The position numbers were made by a program, and so were the translations under genes. From IMG/VR virus record IMGVR_UViG_3300034102_002177: DNA of 64,000 nt; one strand, given 5' to 3'. The stretch comes from a virus. Taxonomy: Duplodnaviria > Heunggongvirae > Uroviricota > Caudoviricetes. Shown here one piece after another: positions 58,515 to 64,000 of the stretch (position 1 is its first letter; every line of letters starts with the position of its first letter). The notes under the pieces were generated by a model. It saw nothing but the letters and a program-made list of their open reading frames with translations, searched no databases and was not told the origin of the DNA.

Positions 58515-61087
58515 GTTGTGGACAAATACTATATAATTTATACATAACCGGCGATTGTACTAATACAAACGTTGGTGAAATCTATGTTGAAATAGCGGGA
58601 GGTGCGTCTCCGTATACTGTTTATGAGGTTACATCAACAGGATTATTACCAACATCCGCGGCAACAACCACATATTATTATAGTGGTCTTTCTGCCGATA
58701 CCTATGTTTTAGCGATACAAGATTCTTGTCTTTCTGGTGCGACTACCGAATATCTTAATATACCAATATCTTCAGGATCAACAATAAGTGTTGAATCGGC
58801 ATTAAATACTACTTGTGGGGTTGATAATGGTGAAATAACTTTTGGATTTACGCCTTTTTATGGTTACGGCACCGGATTATTATATGAAACAACAAATGGT
58901 TATATAACTAGTGGAGCAACATCAACAAGTGGATTAACATTTACAAACTTATCGGGAGGAACTTATTATATAATTGGTGATGATGGTGGTGGTTGTACAG
59001 GATTAAGTGCAAGTGTTGTTATTTTAACATCAACAACTTTAGATTATGGGTTTTATGTTGTTGATGATGCTAGTTGTAATGTTTCCGGTGGATCAGGTAA
59101 AATATTTGTTACGGGTCAAACAGGTGTTGGACCGTACACATATCTTTGGAGTAATGGTCAAACTGGATCAACGGCAACGGGATTAACTGTTGGGTTTTAT
59201 ACCGTTACTGTTACAGATTCAAATGGATGTTCTGTTACAGAGGGGGCATCTGTTAATAATGTACCACCTATAGGAATTGCGTCATTTACAACGACCGGAA
59301 GTACGTGTTTTAATAGTGATGGTGCCGTTGAAGTGACGGTAACTGGTGGAACAGCTCCATTCTTTTTTTCGGGATCTAATGGTGATACGTCAATAACTTT
59401 TTCTAACACTTATACGTTTGATAACCTACCTTCGGGTACTTTAGTAGTTACGGTTAAAGATGCGGGATTATGTAGCGACACTCAATCAATATCGTTAATA
59501 ACACCAAATGGATTTGCGGTATCATCCATAACATCAACAAACTCAAATTGTGGTAATAATGGAACTATAAATATTTTAGTAAACACCGGGTCCCCAACAG
59601 GTACTTTTACTTATACAATATTGGATTCTTCAGGTAATACGGTTAATGCTATTACGGTTGGAACTAATGCTACTTTTAGTAATTTACCTTCAGATACATA
59701 TACAATATTAATAGATAATAATTCGGGTTGTGTTTATACGGGGTCGGCAACTATTACAAATGTTAATTTATTTTCAATAACGGCGTTAACAACTAATACA
59801 ACTTGTGGATTAAATAATGGGTCTATTCAGATATTAACTACGACTGGTGGAACATTACCATATAGTTATCAAATAACAGGATATGCGGTTTCACCTATTA
59901 ATAGTTATAATAACTTACCATCAGGATTTTATACAGTTACTGTCACAGACGCGAATGGATGTTCACAAATTACAACAACATATGTCGGACCATCAAGTTC
60001 TGTATTTTTTAATTTATTAACAATTCAACCTGTTAATGGTAATGATGGTCAAATAATTGCTTTTATTAGTAGTGGTACACCACCATTTACCTATAATTGG
60101 TCCTCAAATGTAAATTTACAAACTGGATCAACTGTGACAAATTTAAGTGCCGGGACATATAGTTTACAAGTTGTGGATAGTTCTGGGTGTACATATAATA
60201 AAACTGTTGTTTTAAGTGGGACAATACTTTTAGGTAATTATCAGGTTTATAACATAAGTGATACTAATTTTGTTAATAGTGGAATTGATGGTAGAAGAGG
60301 TATTGGTCAAATGTATAATGAAGGGTTTTTTGATTTGACAGAAAATGATCTAAATTGTATTGTTAATAGTGGTCAATTTATAATTGAAACAATTGTTAAT
60401 GGAGAGGTTAAACAAAATTTATTTTATACCTCAACAGGAATATATGATTACCCAACAGATACTGAATGGGCTAATATTGTAAAGAGTGTGTTATTATCTT
60501 ACCCCGATATTGGTGAAGTAGATATAGATATTACCAAAAATAAAATAACTATAGTTAATGATTGTAAAGATGTTAACAAAAGTTGTAACCCAACAAAATT
60601 TAACACACTAGCGGATGCTAAAGTCATTATTAATTTAATCATTAATTATGATATTTCTTGTGTACAATGTGACGTTACACCCCCAACTCCAACAATAACA
60701 CCAACACCAACTATTACACCAACAAACACATTAACACCAACTCCAACAATAACTAAAACTCTAACACCAACAGTAACTAAAACTCTAACACCTACTCCAA
60801 CAGTAACTAAAACTCTAACCCCAACAGTAACTAAAACCCCAACTATGACACCAACAAAAAGTGGTGATTTCTCGGTATTTGAGGTAATATATTGTTGTGA
60901 CAGTGTAACTAAAAAATGGGTAATTTTACCAACATCCACATCTCTTGGATCTATTATAATTGGTACAGATAATCAATGTTACGAAGTACAATCATTAGAC
61001 CCTCAATCCCCTAACTTAAGTTGGTCGGGTATAACATTTGTTGGAGATTGTGATGCTTGTATTGCATCTTATAGTTGTAGTGCGTAA
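58511..61087 (+). CDS. SprB-repeat, Thr/Pro-rich, Cys-rich fibre/adhesin-like protein
   Basis: About seven C..DG.I.V...GG..P(Y/F).Y.W...L..G.Y.V.V.D..GC repeats, a (TP)n stalk and a C-terminal Cys module; GTGA overlap. Confidence 0.75.
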   Translation: MSCGQILYNLYITGDCTNTNVGEIYVEIAGGASPYTVYEVTSTGLLPTSAATTTYYYSGLSADTYVLAIQDSCLSGATTEYLNIPISSGSTISVESALNTTCGVDNGEITFGFTPFYGYGTGLLYETTNGYITSGATSTSGLTFTNLSGGTYYIIGDDGGGCTGLSASVVILTSTTLDYGFYVVDDASCNVSGGSGKIFVTGQTGVGPYTYLWSNGQTGSTATGLTVGFYTVTVTDSNGCSVTEGASVNNVPPIGIASFTTTGSTCFNSDGAVEVTVTGGTAPFFFSGSNGDTSITFSNTYTFDNLPSGTLVVTVKDAGLCSDTQSISLITPNGFAVSSITSTNSNCGNNGTINILVNTGSPTGTFTYTILDSSGNTVNAITVGTNATFSNLPSDTYTILIDNNSGCVYTGSATITNVNLFSITALTTNTTCGLNNGSIQILTTTGGTLPYSYQITGYAVSPINSYNNLPSGFYTVTVTDANGCSQITTTYVGPSSSVFFNLLTIQPVNGNDGQIIAFISSGTPPFTYNWSSNVNLQTGSTVTNLSAGTYSLQVVDSSGCTYNKTVVLSGTILLGNYQVYNISDTNFVNSGIDGRRGIGQMYNEGFFDLTENDLNCIVNSGQFIIETIVNGEVKQNLFYTSTGIYDYPTDTEWANIVKSVLLSYPDIGEVDIDITKNKITIVNDCKDVNKSCNPTKFNTLADAKVIINLIINYDISCVQCDVTPPTPTITPTPTITPTNTLTPTPTITKTLTPTVTKTLTPTPTVTKTLTPTVTKTPTMTPTKSGDFSVFEVIYCCDSVTKKWVILPTSTSLGSIIIGTDNQCYEVQSLDPQSPNLSWSGITFVGDCDACIASYSCSA
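60743..60838 (+). repeat. Near-perfect 24-nt tandem repeat encoding PTVTKTLT
   Basis: CCAACA(A/G)TAACTAAAACTCTAAC(A/C) at 60743, 60767 and 60797, with a partial copy at 60821. Confidence 0.95.
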
Positions 61088-61128
61088 AATAAATTCACTT
61101 TATTAAAAAGTTACATATCTTTTATATC

Positions 61129-62109
61129 ATGAAGGATATCATTTTTGTTACTGCCCAACCTGACGTACCATATTTTCATTGGCAAGTAAAACTTTATACT
61201 CATAATTTTATTGAAAAAGGAATTAACCCATGTCAAATTCACGTTATTTTCGGATTAACTAATGGACAAAAAGAACCATCACAAGGGGCTTTAGAATTAT
61301 GTGATTATGGGTTTAATGTACATTTTTATTATGATGAAAGAATTGGTAAAAATTATATCCCAAGTATTAAACCATATTTAATATCAAGATGGTTATATGA
61401 ACATCCCCAATATGGTGAAGTATTTTTCTTACATGATGCCGACATTATTTTTAGGGAATTGCCTGATTTTGATAAATTGATGAAAGATAATGTTTGTTAT
61501 TTATCTGACACCATAGGTTATATTGGATACAATTATATAACCGATTGTTGTGATAGATATGAAAGAGCTCATCCTAAATCAGAAAAAGGTCAATTATTAA
61601 AAGAAATGGCGGATGTTGTTGGTTTGGATGTTGATGTCATAAAAACAAATCAAGAAAGTTCGGGTGGTGGTCAATATTTGTTAAAAAATATGACGTATGA
61701 ACTTTGGGAAAAAATATATTTAGATTGTGTTCCATTATATAAACAAATGCATGATTATCATAAAAGACATCCAATAAGTCCTGGTGAAATACAATTTTGG
61801 ACTGCGGAAATGTGGTCTTTATTATGGAATTTATGGTTACATAATTATGAAACCAAAGTAGTGGATGATTTAAATTTTTCTTGGGCGACAGATGATATAA
61901 AAATCTACGAAGAAAGACCAATTTTACATATGGCTGGAGTTACGGATAATTTGAGAGGTACTAAATTTTATAAGGGTGAATATATAAATGTTGATCCAAT
62001 AGAAAAATTGAAAGAGAATCCATCACATTTTGATTACATTGAAAAGAACAGTACTACAATAAAATATATTGAAGTAATGAAATCATTTATTCAAAAAACA
62101 ATAAATTGA
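61129..62109 (+). CDS. GT-A-fold glycosyltransferase resembling GT95 (HPAT) / GT96 (SGT1) protein O-glycosyltransferases
   Basis: DxD motif in FFLHDADIIF (aa 103-105), plus PYFHWQ, YIPSIKPY..SRWL, GGGQYL and WTAEMW. Confidence 0.7.
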   Translation: MKDIIFVTAQPDVPYFHWQVKLYTHNFIEKGINPCQIHVIFGLTNGQKEPSQGALELCDYGFNVHFYYDERIGKNYIPSIKPYLISRWLYEHPQYGEVFFLHDADIIFRELPDFDKLMKDNVCYLSDTIGYIGYNYITDCCDRYERAHPKSEKGQLLKEMADVVGLDVDVIKTNQESSGGGQYLLKNMTYELWEKIYLDCVPLYKQMHDYHKRHPISPGEIQFWTAEMWSLLWNLWLHNYETKVVDDLNFSWATDDIKIYEERPILHMAGVTDNLRGTKFYKGEYINVDPIEKLKENPSHFDYIEKNSTTIKYIEVMKSFIQKTIN

Positions 62110-62137
62110 TTATTTATATATTAAACAAATAACTTAA

Positions 62138-64000
62138 ATGGCGATAATATATAAGGTAGAAAATATAAACCCGGTTATATACAATAACTTCACATTTGTT
62201 GATGGTAATGGGGTTAGTAAATCAATGGATTTATTACCAAATGTTTCTTATTATATAAATGGTAATAGTGTTGTGTCGCCAGCCGTATTTATTACGGTAC
62301 TTAATTTAGGTAAAGAGGATTTCAGGTATTGTTTTCAAAGTTGTTGTAACGGGGAGATTATTGATTTTGATGGAAGTGATCAATATCCGTTTAGTACTTA
62401 TCAAATTGGTGACACAATATATTTTGATCAGGCGATCTCATCGTCAAATCCTAATAACTATAAAACAGGTTGTTATGAGTTAATAAGTATCGGTAGCGTA
62501 AATACACATTCTTGTAGTGTAAATGGGTCTGAAAATGTTAGTGTTGTTTCTTTTGATAGTACCCCATATAATAGTTGTAATAACTGTATTGTTGATCACA
62601 GTTGTTGTGTAAATTATTTTGTAACTAACCAATCGGCACCAAATGTTAAAACTTCAATTGAATTTACACCTTGTTGTGGTGAAACTAAAAAATCACCATA
62701 TTTTATTCAATACCAAACAGGTATTTCATTATGTAGTTCAAGTGGGATTAAAATTTTAGGTGGGGATGTTCAGGTAATTAATAATGGTGATTGTCCTGAT
62801 TGTCCTGTAATTACAACTACAACAACTGAACCCGTTGTAACAACCACAACAACATTTGCCCCCCCTATCCCACCAATTGAACCAAAAAATGAATGTTCTG
62901 TAATAACTATTTTTCCTCTTGGGGTTGAATGTTTTACCGTGGATCCTACAAGTGCGGATTCTTTTGATGGGGCAATAACTTTAGGAATAACAGGGGGAAC
63001 TCCTCCATATGAAGTTGTTTGGGAAAATGGATCTTTATCTCAATCTTTAAGTAATATTGGTGTGGGGGAATATAGTTCAGTCGTTACTGATTATTATGGT
63101 GATTTTACGGCGTATACCACTTGTATTTTAAGTGCTGAAACACCAATCACCACCACAACAACAACTCAAGAACCTTTACCATCTTATGAAGATATATGTA
63201 TTACAATTATTAGAGGGGATAAACAAACTTCTTTTGTGGAATATTATCAATTTGATTTTAATGGATATATTGGGGATTATCCTACTTGGACAGATATTAC
63301 GGATGGGTTAGATATTGTTTGGAATGAATCAAATAATCAATGGGAAATATCTGGTTGGACTACAGGTCAAATAATTAATACAAATCCTGCCACACCACCA
63401 CTTAGTGGTTGGGATTCTTTAGGGTCAACATTACCAAATAGAATATTATCAATAACTGCGGTTTTAGGGTTATGTCAACTAATAAGTACCCCTAATTTAA
63501 ATATAGTTGTTAATAATCCGGAATGTGGGTGTGATGGAAGTTTGTTATTAACTCCTTTTGGTGGTACACCACCATATACCTATTCAATTAATGGGGGAAG
63601 TACTTACGCACCAACAACAATTTATAATAATTTATGTCAAGGTACTTATGTTGTTTATGTAAGAGATTCTTCAGGATTTACATATACAGAAACTGTGTCT
63701 TTATCTGCTCCAACACTATCCGTTAATTATATTTTAACTATGTCTTATTTACCTGGTAATACATTTGGAGTGAGTATTTCTCCTTCATTACCTATTGGTA
63801 CTACAGTTACTTTTGATGTTATACATCAAAATACGTTTAATGTTGGTCCTTCTCCATCAAGTGCGACTTATAATAATACGGTTACTTTAAATGTTAATGG
63901 TGTTCCAGTTCTTTATACCCCACCACCGGTATTGAATCAACTTTCACCAATACCACAACCATTCCCTTGTCAAGGATCATTCCAATATAATACAACAAAA
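62138..64000 (+). CDS. 3'-truncated Cys-rich, Thr-rich, SprB-repeat fibre-like protein (absent from the ORF track)
   Basis: ATG at 62138 with 621 stop-free codons to the window end (MAIIYKVENINP...QGSFQYNTTK). It has TTTTT tracts, two GGTPPY SprB-type repeats, two shared Cys modules and an upstream TATTTAT at 62111-17. Confidence 0.85.
   Translation, partial: MAIIYKVENINPVIYNNFTFVDGNGVSKSMDLLPNVSYYINGNSVVSPAVFITVLNLGKEDFRYCFQSCCNGEIIDFDGSDQYPFSTYQIGDTIYFDQAISSSNPNNYKTGCYELISIGSVNTHSCSVNGSENVSVVSFDSTPYNSCNNCIVDHSCCVNYFVTNQSAPNVKTSIEFTPCCGETKKSPYFIQYQTGISLCSSSGIKILGGDVQVINNGDCPDCPVITTTTTEPVVTTTTTFAPPIPPIEPKNECSVITIFPLGVECFTVDPTSADSFDGAITLGITGGTPPYEVVWENGSLSQSLSNIGVGEYSSVVTDYYGDFTAYTTCILSAETPITTTTTTQEPLPSYEDICITIIRGDKQTSFVEYYQFDFNGYIGDYPTWTDITDGLDIVWNESNNQWEISGWTTGQIINTNPATPPLSGWDSLGSTLPNRILSITAVLGLCQLISTPNLNIVVNNPECGCDGSLLLTPFGGTPPYTYSINGGSTYAPTTIYNNLCQGTYVVYVRDSSGFTYTETVSLSAPTLSVNYILTMSYLPGNTFGVSISPSLPIGTTVTFDVIHQNTFNVGPSPSSATYNNTVTLNVNGVPVLYTPPPVLNQLSPIPQPFPCQGSFQYNTTK

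Noticed and set aside
60743-60838. CRISPR-like array
   Set aside because: The repeats are contiguous, in-frame coding units without unique spacers.
1-64000. Stop-codon reassignment as seen in some large phages
   Set aside because: Genes are full length in code 11, and TAA, TAG (19182, 33157) and TGA (11710, 21203, 45047) all end genes.
1-64000. Eukaryotic giant virus, or a bacterial contractile injection system / prophage locus
   Set aside because: A sheath, tube, baseplate and neck module together with phage-type replication genes, operons, intrinsic terminators and no host housekeeping genes or integrase indicate a tailed bacteriophage, despite eukaryote-like motifs.
1-64000. tRNA or other structured ncRNA genes
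   Set aside because: Intergenic gaps are short and AT-rich, and no cloverleaf or T-loop (GTTCGA) signature was seen by eye; tRNAscan/Infernal were not run.

Overview
The whole window is part of a large, very AT-rich contractile-tailed (myovirus-type, distantly T4-like) phage genome in the standard genetic code. The host is probably Bacteroidota, inferred from TTTG-N19/20-TAnnTTT(G/A) promoters, A-rich start contexts lacking Shine-Dalgarno sites, and SprB-type repeats. It holds a family B DNA polymerase; a minus-strand block (neck protein, HExxH-peptidase/Mn-type SOD fusion, two small Cys proteins, PD-(D/E)xK nuclease, SNF2 helicase); neck, sheath, tube, chaperone, tape measure and hub genes; an inserted replication block (gp32-like SSB, RecA/UvsX, 5'-3' exonuclease, DnaB-like helicase, nrdB, nrdA); baseplate wedge genes; and Cys-rich, Thr/Pro-rich, SprB-repeat fibre-like proteins. 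Best candidate for an undescribed system: a glycosyltransferase whose motifs resemble plant GT95/GT96 (extensin Hyp/Ser O-glycosyltransferases), sitting among virion proteins with mucin-like (TP)n/Tn tracts, with an extensin-like SPPP/PPPPP tract elsewhere in the tail module. This suggests phage-encoded O-glycosylation of the virion. Other highlights are an unannotated probable +1 frameshift (UUU_CGG) giving a G/GT-type tail chaperone, two promoter classes, the SOD fusion, an OmpA-like domain inside a tail-tube-initiator-like protein, a baseplate-region protein with membrane-length hydrophobic helices, and shuffled Cys-rich modules. All homology calls come from motif recognition by eye; no searches were run. 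No tRNA, rRNA, CRISPR array, integrase, intein or intron was seen.
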